Positions 1 to 12,457 of a stretch of DNA of 64,000 nucleotides are shown in pieces (position 1 is the stretch's first letter; each line of letters starts with the position of its first letter). The notes beneath the pieces are model-generated. The model was not told where the DNA came from. It was given only the letters and a program-made list of their open reading frames with translations, and searched no databases. A program made the position numbers and the translations under genes. Origin of the DNA: Thermoanaerobaculia bacterium (GTDB lineage Bacteria; Acidobacteriota; Thermoanaerobaculia; Multivoradales; Multivoraceae); the NCBI GenBank assembly GCA_963666565.1, contig OY762911.1, forward strand, positions 96,001-160,000, read 5' to 3'.

Positions 1-2
1 AC

Positions 3-752
3 GTCGTGGCCACGATGCGATCGCCGGAGAAGGAAGCGGAGCTCACGGGCCTCGAAGGCGTCCTGGTTACGAGGCTCGACGTCAAGGATCCGCGGAGCAT
101 CGACGCCGCCTTCGAGCAGGGCACCGCCGCGTTCGGCCCGATCGACGCGGTCGTCAATAACGCCGGCTACGGCAGCAACGCGCTCTTCGAGCAGTCGCCC
201 GATGCCTCCGTCCGCGACATCTACGAGACGAACGTGTTCGGCCTGATGAACGTGATGCGCCGCGCCCTGCCCGACATGCGGAAACGGGGCTCCGGCTGCA
301 TCGTCAACGTGACGTCGATGGGGGGCCTGATGGGCCTGCTCGGCAACTCCGTCTACTCCTCGTCGAAGTTCGCCGCCGAGGGACTCACCGAGGCGCTCGC
401 GCTCGAGTACAAACCGCTCGGCATCCGCGTCGTTTCCGTCGCGCCCGGGGCCTACCTCACCACCGCGTTCGGCTCCAATACGGACAACTACGTCGAGTCC
501 GGCGACTCCCAACTCGTCGAGCACTCGCGGATGCTCCGCGACCACTTCGCCGCGATCGTCTCAGGCGGCGAACCGCAGGACCCGCAGGAGGTGGCGGACA
601 AGATCTACGAGTGCGTGACCGCGGACGACGTCCCTGTGCATAACCCCGTCGGCGCCGACGCGGAGCGGCTCAGCGGTCTGATCGACAGCCTGCCGTCACG
701 CCAGGCGTTCGTCGCCGCAATGGAGCAGATGCTGCTGCCGCCTGCCGGCTAG
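3..752 (+). CDS. Short-chain dehydrogenase/reductase (5' truncated by window edge)
   Basis: NNAG motif and YxxxK (YSSSK); N-terminal Gly-rich motif lies upstream of the window. Confidence 0.9.
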   Translation, partial: VVATMRSPEKEAELTGLEGVLVTRLDVKDPRSIDAAFEQGTAAFGPIDAVVNNAGYGSNALFEQSPDASVRDIYETNVFGLMNVMRRALPDMRKRGSGCIVNVTSMGGLMGLLGNSVYSSSKFAAEGLTEALALEYKPLGIRVVSVAPGAYLTTAFGSNTDNYVESGDSQLVEHSRMLRDHFAAIVSGGEPQDPQEVADKIYECVTADDVPVHNPVGADAERLSGLIDSLPSRQAFVAAMEQMLLPPAG

Positions 753-800
753 GAGGCTGCGCCGAAGAACGCTGCGAAGCGAGTTCTGCGGCGCAGCCTC
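753..800. terminator. Long hairpin between convergent SDR and katG
   Basis: GAGGCTGCGCCG (753-764) pairs perfectly with CGGCGCAGCCTC (789-800), with further inner pairing. Confidence 0.55.
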
Positions 801-854
801 GTAGTGAGGTGGGGGCTGGGGCCAAACACGGAGTCAGCGACGGGTTTGGCGGCT

Positions 855-3089
<2,235 letters not shown>

Positions 3090-3289
3090 TCAGCGTCTGC
3101 TGCTGACCGCTGTATACAAGGATCCGGAGGCGTTGAGAAGTCCCTCGGAGCGGGCCGCCCGAGAACGCCGATCGTAGCGCGGCCGCAAGGCGGCCGTACG
3201 GCCGGCGCGTGCTCCTGGCCGCATTCGGCGGCAGCGGAAGACGCACGCGCCGACGCCCGTGCGCTCAGCGCGCGGCCCGGACGACCGAG

Positions 3290-4708
3290 TCAGTCGAGGA
3301 TCGCCTCGCGGATAGCGTTCTCGAAGCCTGCCGACACGTCCTTGCTGCCCTGCTGGACCATCAGCACGGCCGTGATCTCGTTCGCCGGGTCGGTCCAGGA
3401 CACGGTTCCGAAGGCACCGCCCCAGCCGAAGGCGCCCTTGCCGCGTGCGCTCTTCCCGGCCACCGGGTCGAGCACGACGGACACGGCGTAGCCGAAGCCC
3501 GACCCGGGCTGCTTGCCTCCCTGTCCGAAGAGCTCGCCGACCTGGTTGCTGGACATCCGGGCGACCGAGTCCCGGTTCAGCAGACGGTTCCCGAACAGGG
3601 CGCCGCCGCCGGCGAGCATCTGCTCGAAGCGAAGGAAGTCCTCGGCGGTGCTGGAGAGCCCGCCGGAGGCCGAGGCGTAGCGGCTCGGCTTGTCCCAACC
3701 CTTCGACTTGCCGTCGAGGCCGTGGATCACGACCCGTCTGGACTCCTTCTCCGGCGGCAGGAAGAAGTGGGTGTCGGCCATGCCCAGCGGCTCGAAGATC
3801 CGCCGGCGAAGGAACTCGTCGTAGGACTCGCCCGACACGATCTCGACGATGCGAGCGACCACGTCGTGTCCGATGCGCGGGCTGTAGCCCCACCGCGAGC
3901 CCGGTTGAAAGTCGAGCGGCAGGGCGGCGTACAGCGGCACGCGGCTCGCCAGGGTGTCGTCCGGGCCGACGTTCGGCAGCTTCGCGACCGCCGTGCCCAG
4001 TCCGTAGCTGCCCAGCCCGGCGGTGTGGGTCAGCAGGTCGTGGATCGTGATCGGCCGCTCGGCCGGAACCAGGCGGTGCGCGGGCGCCTCGCCCGGCACC
4101 ACGAACGCGGGAACGATGTCCTCGTCAGCCGGTTCCTTGAGCACGGCGACCCGCATGTCGCTGAACTCGGGCAGGTACTTCGCGATCTCGTCGGCCGGGT
4201 CGAAGAGGCCGTCCTCGATCATCATCATCGCCGCCACCCCGAGCACCGGCTTCGACGAGGAGGCCATGCGGAAGATCGCGTCCTTCTCCATCGGTAGACC
4301 GCTATCTGTGTCCATCAGGCCGTACGCCTCGAAGTGGACCACCTTCCCGCGGCGGGCCACGACCGTCACCGCGCCCTGGATCTCGCCCGACTCGATATGG
4401 CGGTTCATGACGGCATCGATCTCGAGCAGGCGCTCGCTCGACATGCCGACGTCTTCCGGGGCGGCCGTGGGAATCTCCTGGGCCGGAAGCGCCGTCGCGG
4501 CAATCGCGATCGAGAACGCCGCCAACAGCACAATCGCAGGGAACAGGTTCGTGCTCGCTGCTTCGCAGCATCGCGCTCGATGCGGACCAGAAGGTCCGCG
4601 CACCCAGAGAGCGGGCGTCGAGCGGCGACACTCTCTACGGCGATACGACTGTTCCATGCCTGCGCGTGTGCGGCGCTGATTCCCGAGAGACTCCTTTGTT
4701 TCGCTCAT
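3290..4708 (-). CDS. Serine hydrolase, beta-lactamase/class C family, secreted (start uncertain)
   Basis: SxxK (SSSK), LLTHTAG, YS and WGG motifs; hydrophobic signal region; AAGGAG before ATG 4708; alternative in-frame GTG at 4603. Confidence 0.85.
   Translation of the reverse strand: MSETKESLGNQRRTRAGMEQSYRRRECRRSTPALWVRGPSGPHRARCCEAASTNLFPAIVLLAAFSIAIAATALPAQEIPTAAPEDVGMSSERLLEIDAVMNRHIESGEIQGAVTVVARRGKVVHFEAYGLMDTDSGLPMEKDAIFRMASSSKPVLGVAAMMMIEDGLFDPADEIAKYLPEFSDMRVAVLKEPADEDIVPAFVVPGEAPAHRLVPAERPITIHDLLTHTAGLGSYGLGTAVAKLPNVGPDDTLASRVPLYAALPLDFQPGSRWGYSPRIGHDVVARIVEIVSGESYDEFLRRRIFEPLGMADTHFFLPPEKESRRVVIHGLDGKSKGWDKPSRYASASGGLSSTAEDFLRFEQMLAGGGALFGNRLLNRDSVARMSSNQVGELFGQGGKQPGSGFGYAVSVVLDPVAGKSARGKGAFGWGGAFGTVSWTDPANEITAVLMVQQGSKDVSAGFENAIREAILD
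4582..4606 (-). repeat. REP-like hairpin (stem variant GCGGACC)
   Basis: TGGGTGC-GCGGACC-TTCT-GGTCCGC on minus strand. Confidence 0.7.
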
Positions 4709-4725
4709 CGCCTTCGACTCCTTTC

Positions 4726-5355
4726 TCAGCCGGCGCCGGCGTCCGCCGGCTCGCTCCCGGACGAAGCCGCCCGGTAGAAATACGAGATCGCTTGGCGCGG
4801 CCGTCCGCTGCGATTCGCTTCCGACCAGTGCACCGTCAGCGAGCTGTGAATCGTGGCGTCGCCCGGCTCGACCTCGACGGCGACCGCCTCCTCGGACTCG
4901 GCGCTGAAGCCCTCCAGGCCGACGACACTCGGCAGTTCCCGCCGGTGCGTGCCCTTCGCGTAGTAGAGACAACCGTTCTCCCGGTCCGCCCGGTCCAGGG
5001 CGATCCACATCGTCGCGCCCTTCTGCCGGTGCCCGACGGCATCGAGATGGGGCCTGATCCCCGACGTCTCTCCCGGGAGGCGGGCGAACCAGGCGGCCGT
5101 CGCGGGCTCGAGGTCGTCCTCCAGCAGCGCGGAGATCAACTCCCTCTGCCTGCCGCGCTGGAGCTGGTCCTCGAACCAGGGATCGATCCCGTTCAGGTTC
5201 TTGACGACGCCCGGGTACGCCTCGCTTCTCTCGAGTCCGGCGAGGCATCGATCAGAGCGGGCTCGCAACTCCTCGACCTCCCCGGCCGACAGAAAACCGC
5301 GCAGGACGACGTAGCCGTCCCGGTCGAAGTCCCGCTTGAGTTGCTCCAGGCTCAT
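4726..5355 (-). CDS. Phytanoyl-CoA dioxygenase (PhyH)-family Fe/2OG oxygenase
   Basis: FDRDGYVVL, HxD (HLD), WIALD..ENGCL, distal His (VHWS..N.S..R); ATGA overlap with MFS stop. Confidence 0.85.
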   Translation of the reverse strand: MSLEQLKRDFDRDGYVVLRGFLSAGEVEELRARSDRCLAGLERSEAYPGVVKNLNGIDPWFEDQLQRGRQRELISALLEDDLEPATAAWFARLPGETSGIRPHLDAVGHRQKGATMWIALDRADRENGCLYYAKGTHRRELPSVVGLEGFSAESEEAVAVEVEPGDATIHSSLTVHWSEANRSGRPRQAISYFYRAASSGSEPADAGAG

Positions 5356-6851
5356 CCGTCGCCGGCTCCCGTCGCGCATGCCGCGCGCCTCGTCTCGAGC
5401 ACGGTCAGGATCTCCTCATGCCTGGCGGCGTTCAGGCGGTACAGCATCATGAACAGAATGCCGACGCCGTAGATCACGAGGCAGAGCGGTCCGCTCATCA
5501 CCAGCAGGCCGGTGAGCGTCCCCGCCGACACTCCTTCCGCCTCGGCGTTCTGCGGGAACCGGATCAGTTCCAGCCCGAAGCCCCCGATCAGCCCGCCGAA
5601 GCCCTCCGTCGCCTTCATCGCGAACTCCCGAACCGAGAAGATCGTGCCCTCGGCCCGGCTTCCGGTCCGGAGTTCGTGGTCGTCCGCGATGTCGACCAAC
5701 TGGGAGTCGACCACGATGGCCATTACCGTCACCAGGGCATAGCCGACGAACAACGGTCCGAACAGCAGGGGCAGCAGCAGCGCCGAGTCGTTCCCCGGAA
5801 ACAGACCCGCCAGACGCAGGACATGCGGAAAGGCCACCAGGACGGCCGACACCGCGCTGGTGAAGATCACCGTCGGCTTCTTGTCGAAGCGACGCGTCAT
5901 CCAGGCGGCGAGCGGAAGGGCCACGAAGATCCCTGGAATCTTCGCGAAGGCCAGGACCGAGAACTGTTCCGTCGACAGGTCGTACACCCAGATCCAGGTG
6001 AAGATATTGACCATGTCCAGCACACCCTGGGCCGCGGCGATAGTCAGCCAGGAGGCGGTCACCGACACGAAGGACCTGTTCGCGAGCAGCTGCCGCAACT
6101 CTCCGTAGTGGTCGCGGAAGTTGAAGCGCCGGCGCGTGGTCGCGTGCAGGTGGGGAATCTGGTCGGCCGTCCCGAAGGTACAGACGAGAACGGCGGCCAG
6201 CACCACGACGGCGCCGAACCCGGCCAGGATGACATACCGGCTCGGGTCGAGGAGCCCGTTGCTGAACTCCGGCGTGGACGGAAAGACAGCGTTCAGGACC
6301 AGCAGGCTCAACCCGACCGCGGCGCCCGTGGCGACGACGTTGTACCAACCGAAGACCGAGGTCCTTTCGTGGTAGTCGTCGGTGAGCTCCGCGCCGAGCG
6401 CGTCGCGCGGGATGTTGTGGAAGGACGTAGCGATGCGGAGCAGGACCAGGAAGCACACCTGCCACGCGAAGAGCGCGCCCTCGCTCAGACCTGAGATCGG
6501 CTGATAGAGGAAGTAGAACGAGACAGCGATCGGCAGAGCCGACATCAGCATCAGCGGATGGCGACGTCCCCACCGGCTCCGGAAGCGATCGGAGATCGCC
6601 CCGACCATCGGATCGGAGACCGCGTCGACGATGCTCGCGATCAGGTAGGCGACGCCGCACAGAGCCGCCGAGACGCCGAGCACCTGGTTGTAGAAGATCA
6701 GAGTGGTGACCCGGCCGGCGACCACCATCCCCTCCTGAAAGCCGCCGGAAGAGAACGCGAGCTTCGTGCGAAGCGGCACCTTGCGCCGACGATCGGGGCG
6801 TCTGGGACTCGGCGAGTCGGCGGCCGTCCGGGGCTGGGTGTCGTCCGTCAT
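5352..6851 (-). CDS. MFS transporter, GPH/MelB-like
   Basis: DAVSDP..G.ISDR..SRWGRRHP and ELTDDYHERT motifs; about 12 TM segments. Confidence 0.9.
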   Translation of the reverse strand: MTDDTQPRTAADSPSPRRPDRRRKVPLRTKLAFSSGGFQEGMVVAGRVTTLIFYNQVLGVSAALCGVAYLIASIVDAVSDPMVGAISDRFRSRWGRRHPLMLMSALPIAVSFYFLYQPISGLSEGALFAWQVCFLVLLRIATSFHNIPRDALGAELTDDYHERTSVFGWYNVVATGAAVGLSLLVLNAVFPSTPEFSNGLLDPSRYVILAGFGAVVVLAAVLVCTFGTADQIPHLHATTRRRFNFRDHYGELRQLLANRSFVSVTASWLTIAAAQGVLDMVNIFTWIWVYDLSTEQFSVLAFAKIPGIFVALPLAAWMTRRFDKKPTVIFTSAVSAVLVAFPHVLRLAGLFPGNDSALLLPLLFGPLFVGYALVTVMAIVVDSQLVDIADDHELRTGSRAEGTIFSVREFAMKATEGFGGLIGGFGLELIRFPQNAEAEGVSAGTLTGLLVMSGPLCLVIYGVGILFMMLYRLNAARHEEILTVLETRRAACATGAGDG

Positions 6852-6892
6852 CGCCGCGCGTCACAAACTTGGAACAGCGTACCACCAACCGC

Positions 6893-6917
6893 TGGGTGCG
6901 CGGGTCTTCCGACCCGC
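6893..6917 (+). repeat. REP-like hairpin (stem GCGGGTC)
   Basis: TGGGTGC-GCGGGTC-TTCC-GACCCGC. Confidence 0.75.
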
Positions 6918-6998
6918 ATCTGGCGCGCTGCCGCGAAGCGGCGCGCGCGAGTCTCTTGACGACCACGCCTGTGAAGAAGCACTGATACGTTCTGCCCC

Positions 6999-7925
6999 AT
7001 GGAGTTCGGCGCACAGCTCAGCAGCTACCGCGTGCCGTGGTCGGAGACCGAGGCCACGGTTCAGGCGATCGAGAACGGAACCTGGAGCAGCCTGTGGTTC
7101 TCGGACCACTTCCTGCCGCCGGCCGCTCCCAACGACGAACACCTGTCGGCCCTCGAGGTCTGGACCCTGGTCACGGCGGCGGCGGTCGTGACCGAGCGGG
7201 TGCGCCTCGGCACGCTCGCCTGCGGCGTCACCTACCGCAATCCGGCCCTGCTGGCGAAGATCTGCGCCAGCGTCGACCACATCAGCGGCGGGCGCATGGA
7301 GCTGGGGATCGGCGCCGCCTGGTTCGAGCGCGAACACGTGGCCTACGGCTGGGACTTCCCCTCCCTGCGCGAGCGCTCCGACCGCCTGGAGGAGGCGGCT
7401 CAGCTCATCCGCCTGCTGTTCACGGCGGAAGAGGGCGAGAAAGTCAGCTTCGAGGGGAACCACTACAGGCTGGACGAGGCGCCGCTCGTGCCGGGTTCCA
7501 CGCGGCCGCGTTCCACCCGGACGCCCCACATCCCGATCCTGATCGGCGGCAACGGCGAGAAGCGGACGCTCCGCACCTGCGCCCGCTACGGCGACATCAG
7601 CAACCTCGACTTCTGGCATCCCGCCGGGATCGACGTCTTCAGGAACAAGCAGGAAGTCCTCGACCGCCACTGCGAGGACGCCGGCCGCGACCCGGCAGAG
7701 ATCAAGAGAACGGTCGGCCTGCCCTTCCGGCTCTTCGCCAATGACGAAGAAGCCGCGAAGTCGCCCGGCCAGCCCTGGTACTGCTGGGGCGTCGCCGCCT
7801 ACGTTCAGGACCTGCTGCACCAGTACGTCGAGGCCGGCGCCGAGGAGATCGTCCTCTGCGGCGTCGGCAACCGCCCGGAGGCCTGGCAGCAGATCGACGA
7901 GGAGATCCTCTCGGCTTTCGACTGA
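6999..7925 (+). CDS. LLM-class (luciferase-like, probably F420-dependent) oxidoreductase
   Basis: WFSDHF, YRNPALLAK...DHISGGR.ELGIGA, PILIGGNGEKRTLR. Confidence 0.9.
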   Translation: MEFGAQLSSYRVPWSETEATVQAIENGTWSSLWFSDHFLPPAAPNDEHLSALEVWTLVTAAAVVTERVRLGTLACGVTYRNPALLAKICASVDHISGGRMELGIGAAWFEREHVAYGWDFPSLRERSDRLEEAAQLIRLLFTAEEGEKVSFEGNHYRLDEAPLVPGSTRPRSTRTPHIPILIGGNGEKRTLRTCARYGDISNLDFWHPAGIDVFRNKQEVLDRHCEDAGRDPAEIKRTVGLPFRLFANDEEAAKSPGQPWYCWGVAAYVQDLLHQYVEAGAEEIVLCGVGNRPEAWQQIDEEILSAFD

Positions 7926-7960
7926 GGGCCAACGCCCCTCGCTGCGCAGCGGGCGTCTGC

Positions 7961-8100
7961 TGGGTGCGCGGGTCTTCTGACCCGCTTGCCGAGGGCCGCC
8001 TGCAAGCATCGTCGCCGGCCTCTGGCCGGCGGCCTTGCTACCCGGGGCTGCGCCGCGCCGCGGCTTCGCCCGCGAGCGGGTCAGAAGACCCGCGCACCCG
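7961..8100. repeat. REPIN-like inverted pair of REP hairpins
   Basis: REP at 7961-7985 (+) and near-identical inverted copy at 8076-8100, with a GC-rich palindromic spacer. Confidence 0.75.
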
Positions 8101-8153
8101 GCTAGCGCTACAATCGCCCCACCGGCGGACTCCCACCGCCCAAGGAGAACCCC

Positions 8154-9515
8154 ATGAAGTCTCGTCTCACCGTCCTCTTCCTCGGCCTCGCGCTCCTCGT
8201 GACCGCCGCCGTCGCCACGCCGCCAGCCAACAACGCGGCCGACCCCGCCAGCGTGACCTGGGTGGATCACGTGGCGCCCATCCTCCACGAGAACTGCGCG
8301 AGCTGCCATCGGCCCGGACAGACGGCGCCGATGTCGCTGCTGACCTACGACGAGACGCGCCCCTGGGCGAAGTCGATCCGCCGGGTCACGACCGAACGCG
8401 CCATGCCGCCCTGGTTCGCCAACCCGGAGCACGGCGAGTTCGTGGAGGACCCGAGCCTCACCGACGCCGAGATCGAGACACTGAACAACTGGGTAGCCGC
8501 GGGCGCCCCGGCCGGCGACCTCTCCCAGGCGCCGGCGCCGCCCACCTTCAGTTCCGACTGGAAGCTCGGCCCGCCCGACATGGTCTACACGGCGCCGGAG
8601 TTCCACGTCTCCGACGACATCGAGGACCACTACGAGTGGTTCCAGGTGGACAATCCAGTCAACGAAGAGCGCTGGATCCGGGCCATCGAGATCCACCCCG
8701 GGTTCGTCGAGGCCGTACACCACCAGTTGACCTACCTGGCGCCGCCCGACGCCACCCTCGCGGGCGTGCGGAGCCGGACCGGAACCCTCGACCTCACCTT
8801 CGTCGGCGGCTGGGGGCCGGGCGTCGCGCCGCTCCAGTTCGCGGAAGGGCACGGCATGCGCCTGCCGCCGAACAGCACGGTGTTCTTCCAGATGCACTAC
8901 CACAAGACCCCGGGCCCGGGCACCGGCGGCACCGACCGGACGACGATGGGCCTCTACTTCCACGACGAGAAACCCGAGAACGTGGTGGAGACGATGTGGC
9001 TGGTCGACCCGACGCTCAACATCCCGGCGGGCGAGAGCGACTACCACTCCTGGTCGTCGTACACCACCGAACACGAGGCGGTGCTCTTCGACTTCACGCC
9101 CCACATGCACCTGCGGGGCAAGTCGATGACGTTCACGGCCGAATACCCGGACGGCCGCAAGGAAGTCCTGCTCGACGTGCCGAACTACGACTTCAACTGG
9201 CAGCTCACCTACACGCCGACGGCGCCCAGAGTGATCCCGGCCGGCACGACGATCCGCGTCGACGCGAAGTTCGACAACTCGACCGGCAACCTGGCGAACC
9301 CGGATCCGACGTCGAACGTGACCTGGGGCGAGGCGACGACCGACGAGATGATGGTCGGCTTCATCCACTACACCTTCAGCGACAGGACCCAGCAGACGGA
9401 AATGCCCACGTTCATCGTGCCCGAGCAGTTGAGGGCGCAGATGGAGCAGATCCGGGAGTTCCGGCGGAAGCAGCGGGAAGCGGCCAAGGCCGCCGCCGCC
9501 GAAACCGGCGGTTAG
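8154..9515 (+). CDS. Secreted cytochrome c + Cu type II (PHM/DBH-like) monooxygenase-domain protein
   Basis: Signal peptide, CxxCH (CASCH), HH and HYH, PHMHLRGK, YDFNWQ, DEMM. Confidence 0.8.
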   Translation: MKSRLTVLFLGLALLVTAAVATPPANNAADPASVTWVDHVAPILHENCASCHRPGQTAPMSLLTYDETRPWAKSIRRVTTERAMPPWFANPEHGEFVEDPSLTDAEIETLNNWVAAGAPAGDLSQAPAPPTFSSDWKLGPPDMVYTAPEFHVSDDIEDHYEWFQVDNPVNEERWIRAIEIHPGFVEAVHHQLTYLAPPDATLAGVRSRTGTLDLTFVGGWGPGVAPLQFAEGHGMRLPPNSTVFFQMHYHKTPGPGTGGTDRTTMGLYFHDEKPENVVETMWLVDPTLNIPAGESDYHSWSSYTTEHEAVLFDFTPHMHLRGKSMTFTAEYPDGRKEVLLDVPNYDFNWQLTYTPTAPRVIPAGTTIRVDAKFDNSTGNLANPDPTSNVTWGEATTDEMMVGFIHYTFSDRTQQTEMPTFIVPEQLRAQMEQIREFRRKQREAAKAAAAETGG

Positions 9516-10195
9516 TGCCCCAACACGGCGTACGTCCCGTCGAGGACGAGACGGACAGCCACATACGACCCGGCCGCCGGCACGACGACCCACACGATGT
9601 TCGGCGTCCACACCCACACCAGGAGATCCCGCATGCCGATCTCCCGATGGCCTCCGGACATGTAGAAGCTCATCTGGTAGATGGAGGTCACGTAGACCCA
9701 CTGCCAGAACAGCGCCACACCCAGGATCCCGGCGACCGTGGCCGGCAGGAAGCCGGTGGTCAACGAGGTCAGCAGGATCATCGACGGAACCGGCGTGACG
9801 AACCCGTTGCCCACGTCGCAGTTGAAGCCGAACGTCCGCCGGTCCGTGTAGGCGTCGTCGTACGCGCAGTACGCCGCCCACACGTCCGCCCAGGCCGTCG
9901 GCGACGCGATGCTCCGCAGCGGGATTCCCGAGAAGAACAGTTCGATACCCGGCGACCGGCCAGCGGCCTTGCGTCCGCGCCAATACTCCGCCCGCTTCTC
10001 GATGTAGTCCCGCCGCAGGTACAGGCACGCCTCCCAATAGCAGATCAGCAGGTTGATCGACAGGAACAGGCTGAGGAGCGCGTACCAGGCATTCAGGCCG
10101 CCATGGAGCCGGTGGAAGGCGATGTTCCAGGCCACGGCCTGGCCAGCCACGGCGACCACGACGATGGCCGCCACCGGGATCTTCGGCCCCTTCAC
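9512..10195 (-). CDS. Integral membrane protein, EXPERA/EBP-like
   Basis: GTG start overlaps peptidase stop (GTGA); several TM helices; W..Y...D..Y and N..W...P patterns. Confidence 0.55.
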   Translation of the reverse strand: MKGPKIPVAAIVVVAVAGQAVAWNIAFHRLHGGLNAWYALLSLFLSINLLICYWEACLYLRRDYIEKRAEYWRGRKAAGRSPGIELFFSGIPLRSIASPTAWADVWAAYCAYDDAYTDRRTFGFNCDVGNGFVTPVPSMILLTSLTTGFLPATVAGILGVALFWQWVYVTSIYQMSFYMSGGHREIGMRDLLVWVWTPNIVWVVVPAAGSYVAVRLVLDGTYAVLGH

Positions 10196-12267
10196 TCTTC
10201 CGCTTCCTCGTCGTCTTCCGACCCCGGCGCTGTCTCCCACTCGTACTCGATCCCCCGGACGTGGCGCTCGAACCAGTCGATCTCCACGTTCACCTTGAAC
10301 AGCTCGTGGCGAAGTTCCCGCCAGCCGTGAGGCTCCCGCGGCGCGATGTAGAGGTGCGTCTCCACCCCGTTCGTCTTGAGCGCCCGGTAGAGCTCCACCG
10401 ACTGGGGCGGCGGCACGCGGACGTCGTTCTCGCCGACCAGGACGAGCGTCGGGGTCGTCACCTTGTAGACGTCCTTGAGCGGCGAGTTCTCCCAGTAGAC
10501 GCCGATGGGGGCGTCCTCCTGCCACGGCGTGCCCCCGAACCAGGGAGTGCGGTAGGTCCGCACGTCGCTCTGGCCGTACATCGAGATCCAGTTCACCGCG
10601 CCCGCGCCCGACGACGCTGCCCTGAAGCGGTCGGTGTGGGTGATGATCTTGTTCGTCATGTGACCGCCGCCGCTCCAGCCCATCTTCGCCATGCGGTCGC
10701 CGTCGACGAGTCCGCGCTCGATCAGGCGGTCGACCCCGGTCATCACGTCCAGGTGCGCCTGGTGGAAGTAGTGGCCGACCATGTCGCGCAGGAAGGGGTC
10801 TCCGTAGCCGGTGCTCCCCCGGTAGTTCGGCTTGAAGACGAACCAGCCGCGGGCGGTCAGCACCTGGACGTAGTTGGACCAGCGGCCGAACCCGAACTCG
10901 TCCGAGGCCGCGGGCCCGCCGTGCGTCTGGACGACCAGGGGGTATCGGGCGCCCTCCTCGTAGTCGAGCGGGTAGTAGAGGAGACCCTCGACTTCGACGC
11001 CGTCCTCGCCCGGCCAGCGGACCGCCTCCTGCCGGGGGAGCAGGAAGGTCTCGTCGAGGTAGTCGTAGACCGCCGTCACCTTGGTGGGCGCGCCTCCGCC
11101 CGCGGGCATCGCGTGGATGTCGCCGGCGTTCTCGCGGCGGTTGATGCCGAAGGCATGGAGGCCCGCCTCCCGGGAGTAGTGCCACGAGCCCAGCGCGTGG
11201 TCCCCGTCGGTCAGGGCCGTGGGCGTCGCGTCGTCCAGCGCCGCGTGGAAGAGCTGACTTCGCACTCCGGTGTTCGCGGTGAAGTAGATCGTGCCGTCCT
11301 CGGCCCAGCGGGCGCCGTTGACCTCGTGCGGCATCTCCTCGTAGAGCAGGCGGTGCGAGCCGCCGGCGGCGGGGACGACGAAGACGTTGCCGTTGTAGTA
11401 CGTCTCGAAGTCGGCGTTCGACGTCGACGTGAACAGCACGTGCTTCCCGTCCGGCGATAGCTCCGCGCCCGACTCGCTCACCGTGTTGTCGGTGAGTTGC
11501 AGGGCGTTGCCGCCGTCCGCGTCCATGACCCAGACCTCGCCCTCGTCCCGGTTGTCGAAGAGCGGCGAGGGCGCCCGGTGGTGGGCGATCCGCGCACCGT
11601 CCGCCGAGAGGCGGAAGCCGACGACCGAGAAGTCGCCCTCGGTGATCCGCTCGACGGCGCCCCGGTCGTCGCCGGTCCAGGCGACCCGGAAGAGGTGACG
11701 CTGCTTGTAGTCCTCGTCGAACGCGAAGACGTCGTCCTTCTGTTCGTCCTTCTTCTTCTCCTCGGGCGTCTCCGGATCGGCGGCAACGAAGAAGATGTGC
11801 TCGCCGTCCGGCGAGAACTCGTAGCTCTGAACCGAACTCTCGTGGCCGGTGAGCGGCGAGGCTTCCCCGCCCTCGTTCGGCAGGAGATGGATCTGCGTGA
11901 ATCCGTCCTCGCCGCGGTTGGCGAGGAAGGCCACGTAGCTCCCGTCAGGGGACCAGCGCGGGCTCGACTCCCCCTTCTCGCCGTAGGTCAACCGCACGTC
12001 GCCCGCGCCGTCCATCCCGATCCGGCGGATGTGGGTCGAGCGGCCGTTCTTCTTCCAGTCCGTGTCGCTACGGGTGTAGAGAAACTGGGCGCCGTCCGGG
12101 GAGATCCGCGGACTGCCGATCCCCGGCACGTCGATCAGGTCGACGATCGTCATGGGCCGCTTCTCGGAGGCGTTGCCGGCGGCAGCGACCAGAGCGGCAA
12201 CCAGGAAGAGCAGAGAGTGCGGCCCGGCACCGCCGCCACCCAGCCACCGCGTCGGGTTGTGCGTCAT
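10192..12267 (-). CDS. S9 family (acylaminoacyl/prolyl oligo-) peptidase with beta-propeller
   Basis: SPDG repeats, HGGP, NYRGSTGYG, GWSGGG nucleophile, DVRV and EPHG. Confidence 0.93.
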   Translation of the reverse strand: MTHNPTRWLGGGGAGPHSLLFLVAALVAAAGNASEKRPMTIVDLIDVPGIGSPRISPDGAQFLYTRSDTDWKKNGRSTHIRRIGMDGAGDVRLTYGEKGESSPRWSPDGSYVAFLANRGEDGFTQIHLLPNEGGEASPLTGHESSVQSYEFSPDGEHIFFVAADPETPEEKKKDEQKDDVFAFDEDYKQRHLFRVAWTGDDRGAVERITEGDFSVVGFRLSADGARIAHHRAPSPLFDNRDEGEVWVMDADGGNALQLTDNTVSESGAELSPDGKHVLFTSTSNADFETYYNGNVFVVPAAGGSHRLLYEEMPHEVNGARWAEDGTIYFTANTGVRSQLFHAALDDATPTALTDGDHALGSWHYSREAGLHAFGINRRENAGDIHAMPAGGGAPTKVTAVYDYLDETFLLPRQEAVRWPGEDGVEVEGLLYYPLDYEEGARYPLVVQTHGGPAASDEFGFGRWSNYVQVLTARGWFVFKPNYRGSTGYGDPFLRDMVGHYFHQAHLDVMTGVDRLIERGLVDGDRMAKMGWSGGGHMTNKIITHTDRFRAASSGAGAVNWISMYGQSDVRTYRTPWFGGTPWQEDAPIGVYWENSPLKDVYKVTTPTLVLVGENDVRVPPPQSVELYRALKTNGVETHLYIAPREPHGWRELRHELFKVNVEIDWFERHVRGIEYEWETAPGSEDDEEAEE

Positions 12268-12371
12268 GGAGCGGCATCGTATCGCCCCGGCGAAGGAAGC
12301 GCCGAGACCTCCCAGCGGGCGCAACCCCGCCGACCGGCCTCCCGAGCGTGGCGACCCGAACCGAACCAAGC

Positions 12372-12403
12372 ACTTGACCAAGTCGGCTCCCGAGACCTAG
12401 AGT
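12372..12403 (+). promoter_or_regulatory. Candidate TA promoter and operator
   Basis: TTGACC-18 nt-TAGAGT; palindrome ACTTG-AC-CAAGT covers the -35 box. Confidence 0.45.
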
Positions 12404-12457
12404 TCAGGCGCCGTTGACCTGATCGAGAGCCGGGATCGCCCAGAGAGCAAGCAGAAC

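Noticed and set aside
3174-3204. GTAG + CGGCCGC-AAG-GCGGCCG hairpin upstream of katG as a second REP class
   Set aside because: Only one clear copy in the window; it could be a terminator or a chance GC palindrome.
4731-4750. GCCGGCG-TC-CGCCGGC as another REP
   Set aside because: It lacks the GGGTGC leader, has a 2-nt loop and lies in ordinary coding sequence.
6861-10037. Very long alternative-frame ORFs (e.g. 6861-10037, 51332-54487, and the upstream parts of 22604-25594, 25736-28795 and 40002-43661)
   Set aside because: They are Arg/Gly/Pro-rich shadow frames, expected at this GC content, and overlap genes with clear family motifs; only the recognisable portions were kept.
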